DNA of 31,916 nucleotides, from positions 1-31,916 of the forward strand of contig JBEPZY010000011.1 in NCBI GenBank assembly GCA_041640595.1. Direction: 5' to 3'. The stretch comes from Gemmatales bacterium (GTDB lineage: Bacteria; Planctomycetota; Planctomycetia; Gemmatales; HRBIN36). Below the pieces are notes generated by a model. The model had not been told where the DNA came from. It saw only the letters and a program-made list of their open reading frames with translations, and did not search any database. Made by a program: the position numbers and the translations under genes. The first letter of the stretch is position 1. Each line of letters opens with the position of its first letter. This document shows positions 17,419 to 26,402 of this stretch, one piece after another.

Positions 17419-17509
17419 CGGCCATTGCAATGCGCGGCGATCTTGCTTGTGGGCGGTAATTGAGATGGGGCCAATCATGGGCTAGCGACCATCGAAATGC
17501 GCGGCGATC
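17414..17509. repeat. 29-nt imperfect direct repeat, 67-bp period, between mlaE and mlaF
   Basis: GCTAGCGGCCATTGCAATGCGCGGCGATC (17414-17442) versus GCTAGCGACCATCGAAATGCGCGGCGATC (17481-17509), 26/29 identical. Confidence 0.8.
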
Positions 17510-17524
17510 CATACGGGCTAAGCA

Positions 17525-18463
17525 ATGCCTCAAGAATGCCAGCCAACGCAACAAACAGCTACCACCGGCGGCGAAACGGCTGAGTCATCGCTTTCCGACG
17601 CCGTTACCCTGCCGTTCAAACCGGCCGCGATGACCGATGCTGGCTCTCCAGGTGGCGCTGGCCATCCACCAGACCGGAACCCCGCGATTCTGCGCCTGGA
17701 ACAAGTAGATTTGCGTTTCGGCGAGCAGGAAGTGCTCCGCAATTTGTCCCTGGAAATCCAGCGCGGCCAAACCACGGTGATCATTGGCGAAAGTGGATGC
17801 GGCAAAACGGTACTGCTGAAACTGCTGGTGGGCCTGATTCCGCCCAGTCGCGGACGGGTCTGGCTCGACGGTGTGGATTTGCATCAACTCCGCGAAGAGG
17901 AACTGGTGCGGCAGCGCTTGCGATTTGGCTTCGTATTCCAGGGTGCTGCGCTATTCGACAGCATGGATGTCTATGACAATGTCGCCTTCCCGCTCCGACA
18001 GCACACCGATCTGGACGAGTCGGCCATTTATCACCGCGTCGTACAACAACTCGCCGAAATTGGGCTCAGCGAAGAGGTGCTGCGGAAATATCCCGCCGAG
18101 CTTTCCGGCGGTATGCGAAAACGTGTCGGACTGGCCCGAGCTTTGATCCTGCAACCGGAAATCGTGCTCTACGATGAGCCAACCACTGGACTCGACCCGA
18201 TCATGGGCGATGTGATTAACGAACTGATTCGCCTGACCCACGAACGGCGGCAGGTGACCAGCGTTGTCGTGACTCACGACATGCGAACTGTTCGCAAAGT
18301 AGCCCATCGCGTGCTCATGCTTTACCCGCTGAGGAAATTGCAGGCCAACGAAAGCCAAATTCTTTTCGACGGTACGGTGGAACAACTCGACCAGGCGACG
18401 GATCCGCGGGTGCGGCAATTCGTCACCGGTGAAGCTGGCGATTGGCTCCACCGCCAGGAATAA
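17525..18463 (+). CDS. mlaF: MlaF/Mkl-family ABC transporter ATP-binding protein
   Basis: Walker A GESGCGKT, FQGAALFDS, signature LSGGMRKRVGLARAL, Walker B YDEPTTGLDP and VTHD. The start may be later (ATG at 17630). Confidence 0.93.
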   Translation: MPQECQPTQQTATTGGETAESSLSDAVTLPFKPAAMTDAGSPGGAGHPPDRNPAILRLEQVDLRFGEQEVLRNLSLEIQRGQTTVIIGESGCGKTVLLKLLVGLIPPSRGRVWLDGVDLHQLREEELVRQRLRFGFVFQGAALFDSMDVYDNVAFPLRQHTDLDESAIYHRVVQQLAEIGLSEEVLRKYPAELSGGMRKRVGLARALILQPEIVLYDEPTTGLDPIMGDVINELIRLTHERRQVTSVVVTHDMRTVRKVAHRVLMLYPLRKLQANESQILFDGTVEQLDQATDPRVRQFVTGEAGDWLHRQE

Positions 18464-18476
18464 CGGAGGATGCACC

Positions 18477-19721
18477 ATGAACGATACCGCCCGTAAAATC
18501 CGCCTGGGTCTCTTTGTTCTGGCCTCGCTGATCCTGCTCGGTGCGCTGGTCGTGCTTTTTGAGCGCGTGCCCGAGTATTTTGTGCGTTACTTGCACTACG
18601 AAGTCCGTTTCCGCGAGGCCCCCGGATTGGAAAAGGGGCTGCCAGTCCGCAAGTCCGGCGTCAAGATCGGCGAGGTTACGGATTATGACCTCGATCCCAA
18701 CACGGGAATCGTCTCGGTAAAAATTCAGGTGGATCGCCGCTACCAGCTTCGTCTGGGCGACCAGGCGTTCATGACCCGCGGTCTGGTGCTGGGGGAAACG
18801 GCCATCAATTTCGTCATGGGCGAGGATAACCGTCCTGCACCCCAGGGACATGTTTTCGAAGGCAAGGAGCCTCCGGATATCGGCCGGGCTCTCGGTCAGG
18901 CACGGACGCTGGCAGACCTCGCCGGGCAAACGTTACAGGAAGTTCTCGTGGCGGCCAACAATCTCAGCAAAGCTGCCGAAAGCACCGATACATTCCTGCG
19001 CTCGAATCGTCCTCAACTCGATCAGGCGGTGCAACGGATCAATGATGTGGCCGGCCGGGCCCAGGATTTGCTCAGCGACGAAAATCGGCAAAACCTTACC
19101 GTGGCCCTGCGGAATTTCCGCAAGGCCAGTGAGCAATTCGAGCAACTCACCCGTCGCAGCGACGCTTTATTGACCGACACACATAAGGCAGTGCAGGACC
19201 TGAGCCGTCGCCTCGACCAGCTGAGCACCAATGCCGATGCTACTCTCGCCGAAATTCGCCGTGTTGCGGAGCGACTCGACAAGCAGATTGCCTCCAGCGG
19301 CAAAAACGCCGATGAGTTACTCATCGAAGGCCGCGCTACTTTGAAACGCCTCCAGGCCAGCCTTGACCGGGCCGACGAATTGGTCGCCAGTCTCCAGCAA
19401 ACCAGTAAGCTCGTACAGGAACGAGCACCGAGCATCCTCAAAAACGTGGATGAAGGAGCTGCCCGCGTCAGCGAATTGGCCAACCAGCTTCAGGAATTCG
19501 CCAAAGCTCTCAACCAGGAAGATGGGACGGTGCGGCGACTGCTCCAGGACCCATCGCTGTACAATAACCTCAACGGAATTGCTGCTCAGTTGAACCGTGC
19601 CAGTCCACAACTGCAACAGATTCTCCGTGACCTGAGCCTGTTCGCTGACCGCATCGCCCGCCATCCGGAATTGCTCGGCGTCGGTGGTGTCGTCAATCCT
19701 TCCAGCGGTATAAAACGCTGA
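18477..19721 (+). CDS. mlaD: MlaD/MCE-domain protein with long C-terminal helical region
   Basis: N-terminal TM helix, MCE motif GLEKGLPVRKSGVKIGEV, LVLGETAI, a long heptad-rich region and GTVRRLLQDPSLYNNL. SD GGAGGA precedes the ATG at 18477. Confidence 0.88.
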   Translation: MNDTARKIRLGLFVLASLILLGALVVLFERVPEYFVRYLHYEVRFREAPGLEKGLPVRKSGVKIGEVTDYDLDPNTGIVSVKIQVDRRYQLRLGDQAFMTRGLVLGETAINFVMGEDNRPAPQGHVFEGKEPPDIGRALGQARTLADLAGQTLQEVLVAANNLSKAAESTDTFLRSNRPQLDQAVQRINDVAGRAQDLLSDENRQNLTVALRNFRKASEQFEQLTRRSDALLTDTHKAVQDLSRRLDQLSTNADATLAEIRRVAERLDKQIASSGKNADELLIEGRATLKRLQASLDRADELVASLQQTSKLVQERAPSILKNVDEGAARVSELANQLQEFAKALNQEDGTVRRLLQDPSLYNNLNGIAAQLNRASPQLQQILRDLSLFADRIARHPELLGVGGVVNPSSGIKR

Positions 19722-20006
19722 AAATGCTGCCGCTCGAGTAATGCAGACTCGTTGCCGACAACTTTTCACAATCGGAAGCAATGACCGCCATGTCGTTGGG
19801 CAACTGACAGACAGGCCGAGTCGCCCAAGTTGACTGATTCGGCAGCAACACAAGAACCGGCCCTGCCGACAAACCTGGATTCTTGCCAGCACAACTGCGG
19901 CTTGCTTGTTCGCTGTTCCCGTACGGGCATCGGTCAAGTGATCTTCCCAAATAGCCGGGTTTAGGTTATCGCCACCCAAACAGTCTATGCCGGACTTGAA
20001 ATCCCA

Positions 20007-22769
20007 ATGGCCGATACCATAGCGCGAATATCTCTGAAAGCGATGCGGCTTAAGCTTCGGTTTTGCGGCTGGATAGTGGTCCCGCTCGCCGTGCTGGTCT
20101 GGCTGACGGCAGCGGAGCAGCCTGGGATACATCGCGATAGTTTTGAAGGTCGGCAAACGGCCTGGCTAAAAGCGCTGGCGAATGTTGAGCACCGCGAATT
20201 AGCCCACGACCTGAGCACGCAAACAGCCCATTCCGGACGCCAATCCGAACACATCCAGCTCCAGGCCGGCAAGGGTACGTTTATTCACTACTACTATCCC
20301 GTCGGCAAGATCGTCCTGCTCGATGAAATGACGCTGAGCGTGTGGATAAAAGCCAACCGTCCCGGCATGCAGTTGCTGGCACGCCTGGTTTTGCCGCGAG
20401 AACGCGACCCACAAAACCTCGATCGTCCGCTGACGACATTGCTGCGCGGGGATACTTACGAACTGGTCGGTCGCTGGCAACGCCTCGATTTGCGTCAGGT
20501 TCGGCAGCGCCTACGCGAGGCGCAGATGATGCTGCGGGCCGAATTGCAACGCGAGGTCAACTTTGAAGACGCCTACGTGGATCAGGTGGTGCTCAATGTC
20601 TATGGCGGGCCAGGATTGAACGAGGTTTGGATTGACGATCTGGAAATTGGCCCGGTGCTGGGAGAAAATTTCCGACCTGCCCAGCCAGATGCTCAGACCA
20701 CTCGTGATGCCCCAGCGCTGCCTGTTAGCCGGGTTCGAGTTCCTGGCCAGGTGGAAGTTCGGCAGGATCGGCTGGTGGTCAACGGCAAACCGCTCCTGCT
20801 ACGCATGATTCGGGATAGCGGCACGCCTCTATCGGTCTTGCGAGAAGCCGGATTCAATGCGGTGCTCATGCCGGCTACCATGGCGGAATCTCGTTGCCGC
20901 GAGGCCGCCGATCTCGGTTTCTGGCTGGTGCCGACATGGTCTGTGCTGGAAGGGTCAGCAAAGTTGCAACTTCCCGGGGGTCTGGTACGGGAACTGGAGC
21001 GGTTTCCCGTCTCGGAGTCAGTGCTGGCCTGGCATCTCGGCGGGGGCTGGTCAGCGGAAAATACCGACCTGCTCAAAGAGATGGCGCGAGCCATCGCTGC
21101 TCGTAGCAATCGCCCTCTCGCTCTGGAAGCCTGGGACGGCTTACGGCTGTACTCGCGGCATGTTGGCTTGCTGGGCACCTACCGCTGGCCGCTTTACACC
21201 GGTCTGGAACTGGCTGATTATCACCACTGGCTGGCTCAACGCCGTCGCTTCGCTGATCCCGGCAGTTATTTGTTCACCTGGATCCAAACGCACACACCGG
21301 GCTGGTTCAAGCAATTCACGCCGGCCAATAATCCCTCGCCATCACCCCAACCGGAGCACATTCGCTTATTGTCGTACCTGGCGCTGGCGGCCGGTTATCG
21401 AGGGCTGGCTTTCTGGACAGACGAGTCTTTCGCAGACCCGCAGCAGGCGCGGGGACGATTGTTGCAACTGGCCCTGCTCAACCTGGAACTGGAAATAGTC
21501 GAACCGTTTTTGGCCACTGCCCGTGAGCCGGTCTGGTTACCGACTCGCCAACCCGATGTGATGGCGGCGGTGTTTCGCTGCGATGCTGCCGTTCTGGTGC
21601 TGCTGGTCTGGACAGGCAAAGGTGGACAGTTCGTCGCAGGAAACGCAGCAACCGGTACAGTGGAAGCTGTCATTCCGGGGGCCCCCGAAGATGCCCAGGT
21701 CTGGGAAGTTACAGCCGGCCAGGTGCGGGCACTCAAAACCGAGCGGGTCGGCGGTGGCGTCAAGATCACCGTGCCTGACTTCAGTCTCGCCACCATGCTG
21801 GTCTTTACTTCCGACCTGCGGCAAATCGAAACACTCCAGTCAGCAGTGATTCGTTATCGCCATCTCGCTGCCCAGTGGGCCTACGACCTGGGCGTGGAAC
21901 AACTGACCCGTGTTGAACAGGTCCATGTACGATTGCAACAGTTTCAGCAGCAACATCCTGGCCGCGATTCTGCTGCCGCTCTCGATGCCACCACCCGTGT
22001 CTGGCTCGACCAGGCCCGCAGACACCTGGAACGATCCCGGGCGGCGTTATTGCGAGGCAGTCAGCTGGATTATCGGGAAGCCTGGACAGAAGCCCATGCC
22101 GCGCTGGCACAACTGCGATTTGTGCAGCGCAAAGTTTGGGAACAGGCCATCCGCTTGCTGGATCATCCGGTTTGCCTGCCCTATGCGGTAAGTTTCGAGA
22201 CCCTGCCCGATTTCTGGCAAGCGGTCGCCACGATCCGCGCTCACCGCGTTGGCCCTAACGTTTTTTCGGAAGGCAACTTCGAATCTCCCCCCGAAGAACC
22301 GTTCCGAGGCTGGACAGTGCAGCAGGATACGCTTGATGCTGTCGAATTGGTGGCCGAACGCAGCACGGATCAACCCCAGCAAGGCCGCACCTGCTTACTA
22401 CTGCAGGTTCGACCGAAGGACGCACAGCAGCCTCCTCAGGCTCTGGAACGAACCTACCTGGCGGTAACCAGTCGGCCGGTAGCAGTGACACCAGGGAGCT
22501 GGGTCCGCATCAGTGCCTGGATTCGCATTCCCGAACCGATCCGCGGCAGTGTGGACGGCATGCTCTTTTTTGACAGTGCCGCAGGCGAACCACTGGCGGT
22601 GCGCCTGACCGCAGCCACTCCCTGGAGAAAAATCACCCTCTTCCGACAGGCTCCGCCTACCGGCACCATAGCGGTCAGTTTGGCTTTGACCGGTCTGGGC
22701 AAAGTTTACGTGGACGACGTCCGCATCGAACCTCTTCTGCCAGCTTCCCAGCCCTCGGGGCATCCTTAG
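20007..22769 (+). CDS. Large exported multidomain hypothetical protein (CBM-like / glycoside-hydrolase-like barrel / CBM-like)
   Basis: 920-aa ORF with a signal peptide. Terminal domains carry 'SFE...W...VWIDDLEI' and 'GNFE...W...VYVDDVRIE' patterns typical of CBM4/9-like jelly rolls; the central LVVNGKP...LREAGFNAV...VLAWHL is GH-like. Confidence 0.75.
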   Translation: MADTIARISLKAMRLKLRFCGWIVVPLAVLVWLTAAEQPGIHRDSFEGRQTAWLKALANVEHRELAHDLSTQTAHSGRQSEHIQLQAGKGTFIHYYYPVGKIVLLDEMTLSVWIKANRPGMQLLARLVLPRERDPQNLDRPLTTLLRGDTYELVGRWQRLDLRQVRQRLREAQMMLRAELQREVNFEDAYVDQVVLNVYGGPGLNEVWIDDLEIGPVLGENFRPAQPDAQTTRDAPALPVSRVRVPGQVEVRQDRLVVNGKPLLLRMIRDSGTPLSVLREAGFNAVLMPATMAESRCREAADLGFWLVPTWSVLEGSAKLQLPGGLVRELERFPVSESVLAWHLGGGWSAENTDLLKEMARAIAARSNRPLALEAWDGLRLYSRHVGLLGTYRWPLYTGLELADYHHWLAQRRRFADPGSYLFTWIQTHTPGWFKQFTPANNPSPSPQPEHIRLLSYLALAAGYRGLAFWTDESFADPQQARGRLLQLALLNLELEIVEPFLATAREPVWLPTRQPDVMAAVFRCDAAVLVLLVWTGKGGQFVAGNAATGTVEAVIPGAPEDAQVWEVTAGQVRALKTERVGGGVKITVPDFSLATMLVFTSDLRQIETLQSAVIRYRHLAAQWAYDLGVEQLTRVEQVHVRLQQFQQQHPGRDSAAALDATTRVWLDQARRHLERSRAALLRGSQLDYREAWTEAHAALAQLRFVQRKVWEQAIRLLDHPVCLPYAVSFETLPDFWQAVATIRAHRVGPNVFSEGNFESPPEEPFRGWTVQQDTLDAVELVAERSTDQPQQGRTCLLLQVRPKDAQQPPQALERTYLAVTSRPVAVTPGSWVRISAWIRIPEPIRGSVDGMLFFDSAAGEPLAVRLTAATPWRKITLFRQAPPTGTIAVSLALTGLGKVYVDDVRIEPLLPASQPSGHP

Positions 22770-22918
22770 CTTCTGGTTGACCTGTGGTCTGTTTGCCCTT
22801 CCGCTAAATCTTCCGGCCCGACTAGCCCGTTATCTAATCGGAAAATCATCGCAGAAAACGCTCGAACATTTCTTCCAGGACATTTGCGCAAACGACAAGG
22901 CAATGCTTCGATAGGGAT

Positions 22919-23013
22919 TCGAAAATTTCGCCAGTGATAGCCGAAGTTGGCAGGCACTGTAACACCAGGTGCAAGATAACCAGAGTCGAAAAGTTCGCCA
23001 GTGATAGCCGAAG
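22919..23013. repeat. 28-nt direct repeat, 67-bp period, upstream of lexA
   Basis: TCGAAAATTTCGCCAGTGATAGCCGAAG (22919-22946) versus TCGAAAAGTTCGCCAGTGATAGCCGAAG (22986-23013), 27/28 identical, with 39 nt between them. Confidence 0.9.
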
Positions 23014-23064
23014 CATAACCGCTTTCTCGCGGCTTGCTGCAAACGTCCCGCTCACCAGGCACTC

Positions 23065-23100
23065 TTGCCGCAGATACGTGTACAGGTGTAGTATATATAC
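23065..23100 (+). promoter_or_regulatory. Putative lexA promoter with overlapping palindromes (candidate operator)
   Basis: TTGCCG-N18-TAGTAT. TACA-GG-TGTA (23081-23090) and the perfect palindrome GTATATATAC (23091-23100) overlap the -10 region. Confidence 0.45.
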
Positions 23101-23172
23101 GAATGTTCACGGTAATGTGAAACCAGCTTATGGCTGGACACCCCAGGTGGAACCCTGGCAAAGGAGCATGGT

Positions 23173-23781
23173 ATGAATGAGGCGCGATTAACCAAGCGGC
23201 AGCAGCAAGTGTATCAGTTCATCCGGCAGTACATGCAGAAGCATGGCTACGCTCCGACGGTACGTGAAATTGCCGAGCGGTTTGATATGGCCTCTCCTAA
23301 CGGAGTGATGTGTCATTTGCGGGCCCTGGAGCGAAAAGGGTTTATTCATCGGACAGCCGGTCATGCTCGCGCTTTGACCCTGCGCCACGAATCGCCGGAG
23401 CATAGCATTCCGGTTTACGGTATCGTGGCTGCCGGTTCACCCGTCGAGGCAATCCAGCAGGAGGATGACCGCTTGCAATTGGATGAGTTGTTCCCAACGC
23501 GGCAAGGGTTGTTTGCCTTACGGGTTCGCGGCAACAGCATGATTGAGGATCATATCCAGGATGGCGACCTGGTACTGATCGAACCCCAATCCGAACCCCA
23601 GAACGGCCAGCGTGTGGTTGCCTGGATTGATGGCGATGTCACGCTCAAACGCTTTTACCGTGAGCGAGGCCGTATCCGCCTCGAACCGTCCAACGCCCAG
23701 ATGCAGCCGATCTACGTCTCGGCCAGGGACAATTTCCGGATTCTCGGAGTGTTGCGGGGCGTTATTCGCCGCTACGAATAA
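23173..23781 (+). CDS. lexA: Transcriptional repressor LexA
   Basis: Winged HTH (LTKRQQQVY..GYAPTVREIA..SPNGVMCHLRALERKG), Ala-Gly cleavage site VAAG, catalytic Ser in GNSM and Lys in VTLKRF. SD AAGGAG. Confidence 0.96.
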   Translation: MNEARLTKRQQQVYQFIRQYMQKHGYAPTVREIAERFDMASPNGVMCHLRALERKGFIHRTAGHARALTLRHESPEHSIPVYGIVAAGSPVEAIQQEDDRLQLDELFPTRQGLFALRVRGNSMIEDHIQDGDLVLIEPQSEPQNGQRVVAWIDGDVTLKRFYRERGRIRLEPSNAQMQPIYVSARDNFRILGVLRGVIRRYE

Positions 23782-23967
23782 CCCGCACCACAAGAGTCCG
23801 CCACCAGATTCATAGCCAGCTTACCCCCGGGACGCTCGTTCACCGATACGATTGGTCCGCCCACTCAAAAGAGCGGCTGGCGAGCTGGTGGGCGACAAAT
23901 ACAAGCTGGGTTACCCGCAACAGCGCTGAAGGTAACCGATGTCCGCCCGGCCCAGCGTTACCTCGCA

Positions 23968-23996
23968 TTGACAGGGTCCGGGCTTCGTGTTACACG
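23968..23996 (+). promoter_or_regulatory. Possible sigma70 promoter of the glycosyltransferase
   Basis: TTGACA-N17-TACACG with TGn, about 22 nt upstream of the ATG at 24019. The -10 element is imperfect. Confidence 0.4.
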
Positions 23997-24018
23997 CAGC
24001 CCAAGCGGGAATCCAGCT

Positions 24019-25233
24019 ATGCGCATTCTGGTCAATACCTGGTCCGGTCTGGGGCCGCCAGCCGGGATCGGACATTACGCCGCTCAACTTGTCCACGCTC
24101 TGCGACAAACGGCAGCCGAACAGGATGCGGTGTTGTCGTTTCCCGACGGTTGGTTAGCCCAGCTGCACAAGCATTGCCAAGCACCACGGAAATATCTGGC
24201 ACCGACAGGGACACTAGCGACGGCGGTAACTTCGCCCTGGCTCCCATGGTACAAACTTGCGAAATCCTGTCTGACACCGTGGAGCGAAAAAGCCCATGCC
24301 CTGTTGCACTCAACGCTCGGCTGGTTCCTCGAGCGGCAATTCCGGACTCACCGCGCCACGCTTTACCACGAGCCGAACTTTGTTCCCCTGACACACGAGT
24401 TTCCGTTTGTGGTGACGGTGCACGATCTGTCGCCGCTGGTATGCCCCGCCTGGCACCCGGCCTATCGCGTGCGTTGGCTGGAACGGCATCTGGACGCCAG
24501 CCTGCGTCAGGCACAACACATCTTTACCGTTTCCGGTTTCAGCCGCGATGAACTGGTGCGCTGGTGCGGTGTGAGTGCCGACCGCATTCACGTCGTCTAT
24601 CCCGGGGTACGCCGGCACATTCACCCACAACCAATGGCGCTGGTGGAATCCCGGCTCAGGCGAGTAGGATTGCGTCGCGGTTACCTGCTCTATGTGGGCA
24701 CACTCGAGCCGCGGAAAAATCTGGAACGGGTGCTTCGCGTCTATCTGCAACTACCTCGCAGTCTTCGCTGGGAGGTTCCTTTTGTGCTTGCTGGCAAATA
24801 CGGTTGGGCATCGCAACAACTGGCTGAATTAATTGCTGGCAGCGGCCCGAGCGAAGGGGTGCTGGCTCTCGGTTACGTTCCCGAACAATGGTTAGCCACG
24901 CTGTACTGCGGAGCGCGTGCCCTGATTTATCCGTCGCTCTACGAAGGCTTCGGACTGCCACCGGTGGAAATGTTAGCCTGCGGTGGGCAGGTGGTGGTCT
25001 CCGATGTCCCGGTTTTCCGCGAAACGCTGGGCCCTTACGCTTACCGAATTCCGGCCGAAGACAGCGACGGATGGTATCGAATGTTGCGGCAACTCGCAAC
25101 GGGCACCGTTACAGACTCCTTTTCACCGGAGGCCAAATCGCGCTGGGTGGCGCGTTTCGACTGGCTTACCTGCGCACGTCAAAGTTGGGCCATTTACAAA
25201 ACGCCACCACTGGCTATCCGCCTTGCCGCTTGA
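24019..25233 (+). CDS. GT4 family glycosyltransferase (MtfB-like)
   Basis: Motifs GIGHY, VTVHDL, VGTLEPRKNL and YPSLYEGFGLPPVEMLACG (ExFGxxxxE). Confidence 0.92.
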   Translation: MRILVNTWSGLGPPAGIGHYAAQLVHALRQTAAEQDAVLSFPDGWLAQLHKHCQAPRKYLAPTGTLATAVTSPWLPWYKLAKSCLTPWSEKAHALLHSTLGWFLERQFRTHRATLYHEPNFVPLTHEFPFVVTVHDLSPLVCPAWHPAYRVRWLERHLDASLRQAQHIFTVSGFSRDELVRWCGVSADRIHVVYPGVRRHIHPQPMALVESRLRRVGLRRGYLLYVGTLEPRKNLERVLRVYLQLPRSLRWEVPFVLAGKYGWASQQLAELIAGSGPSEGVLALGYVPEQWLATLYCGARALIYPSLYEGFGLPPVEMLACGGQVVVSDVPVFRETLGPYAYRIPAEDSDGWYRMLRQLATGTVTDSFSPEAKSRWVARFDWLTCARQSWAIYKTPPLAIRLAA

Positions 25234-25423
25234 TTTGCCAAGCCTGGCTCCAATCCGCTTCGGTAAGAATGGTACCAGTCTCCTGATGATTCGCCGAGAT
25301 GGTGGGCAGTCCGCTTAAGGCGAATGTGCACTGCGACGTTGGCGCTGAACCCGTGCAGATGTTTCACGCCAGATTAATTTAGCGAAACCTTCACCAATGC
25401 GACCGGCGGACGTGGCGAGATTG

Positions 25424-25750
25424 TCAGGGTCTAAAACGGTGCTTCAGCAATTCCTGCACAACCTCGGCCAATAGTGCCGGGTCTCGTTTGCTCAAAATGT
25501 GCTCCACCCGCGATTCTGGAATTTCCAATTGCAGCAACACCTGCCGGGCCCGCTCCCAGAGGCGGTCGCGTTTCTTGTCCGTCGCCAGGTAAAGATCGCC
25601 GACAAGCTCTTCCAACCGCCGCAAGAGATTGTTCGGCAAATTGGCATAATAACGCCGGATAACTTCGAGCTGGTACGGCGTAAATTCGCGCGGTGCGTCT
25701 TTTTGCCCGCTCACTGGTTCACTCCGTGCAGTATCACGCCATGCGGACAA
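25424..25750 (-). CDS. Small conserved hypothetical protein
   Basis: Helical ORF (TPYQLEVIRRYY...LEELVGDLYLA...SRVEHIL...DPALLAEVV) resembling a small planctomycete family. Co-oriented downstream of rpsU; start uncertain. Confidence 0.75.
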   Translation of the reverse strand: MSAWRDTARSEPVSGQKDAPREFTPYQLEVIRRYYANLPNNLLRRLEELVGDLYLATDKKRDRLWERARQVLLQLEIPESRVEHILSKRDPALLAEVVQELLKHRFRP

Positions 25751-25877
25751 GTCACCTCGGCCAATGTTGCGCTCAGCCTGAGCAAATCGCTGTGGCTTGC
25801 CGACAAAGGCGCAAAATGAGCCTACGTGATGTCGGCAGCTTGCCAGCTTGGCAGCTAGAACTGCGAACGCATCTGCC

Positions 25878-26081
25878 CTAACCCTGGGCCAGTTGTGCCT
25901 GGCGTTTACGAATCGCCTTCAACCGCCGCAACCGTTGTCGCCGCCGTTGTTCGCTCGGCTTTTCGTAATACTCATGGCGGCGAATTTCCTTAGGGATGCC
26001 ACTGCGTTCGAGCAGTTTTTTGAAGCGTTTGACGGCCTGTTCGATGGTCTCATTGGGTCGCAATTTCATCTTCAGCGGCAT
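25878..26081 (-). CDS. rpsU: 30S ribosomal protein bS21
   Basis: 67 aa; [35 protein letters not shown]. Strong SD AAGGAGG. Confidence 0.95.
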   Translation of the reverse strand: MPLKMKLRPNETIEQAVKRFKKLLERSGIPKEIRRHEYYEKPSEQRRRQRLRRLKAIRKRQAQLAQG

Positions 26082-26402
26082 TCGTCCTCCTTTTGTGCAG
26101 GTGAATCGAAAATGTCCACGTGCCTGGGTACAGGTTCGCAAGAGCAGCAGCCGCAAAGCTGCCGTGCTCCGGTACAGACCGGTCTGACTCATTGCAGACG
26201 GCCGACCTGGGCGAGCAAATACATTTTATAGCGGCTGGCTCGGCCGTCGCCGCGGCTTGCCCACCAATATTTATATATCGGCCAGGCACCGCGATACCGC
26301 TACCCGGCCAGGCAACTATTATAACCAGTCCGAGCAACAACGATAAGCCAGCTTCCCAGGTTTCGTCTTGAACACTCTCCAGCGAATCGGGTTGGTTGCG
26401 GG

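Noticed and set aside
22919..23013. Bona fide CRISPR array
   Set aside because: Only two repeat copies, no further units at +/-67 bp and no cas genes in the window. Kept only as a repeat and regulatory finding.
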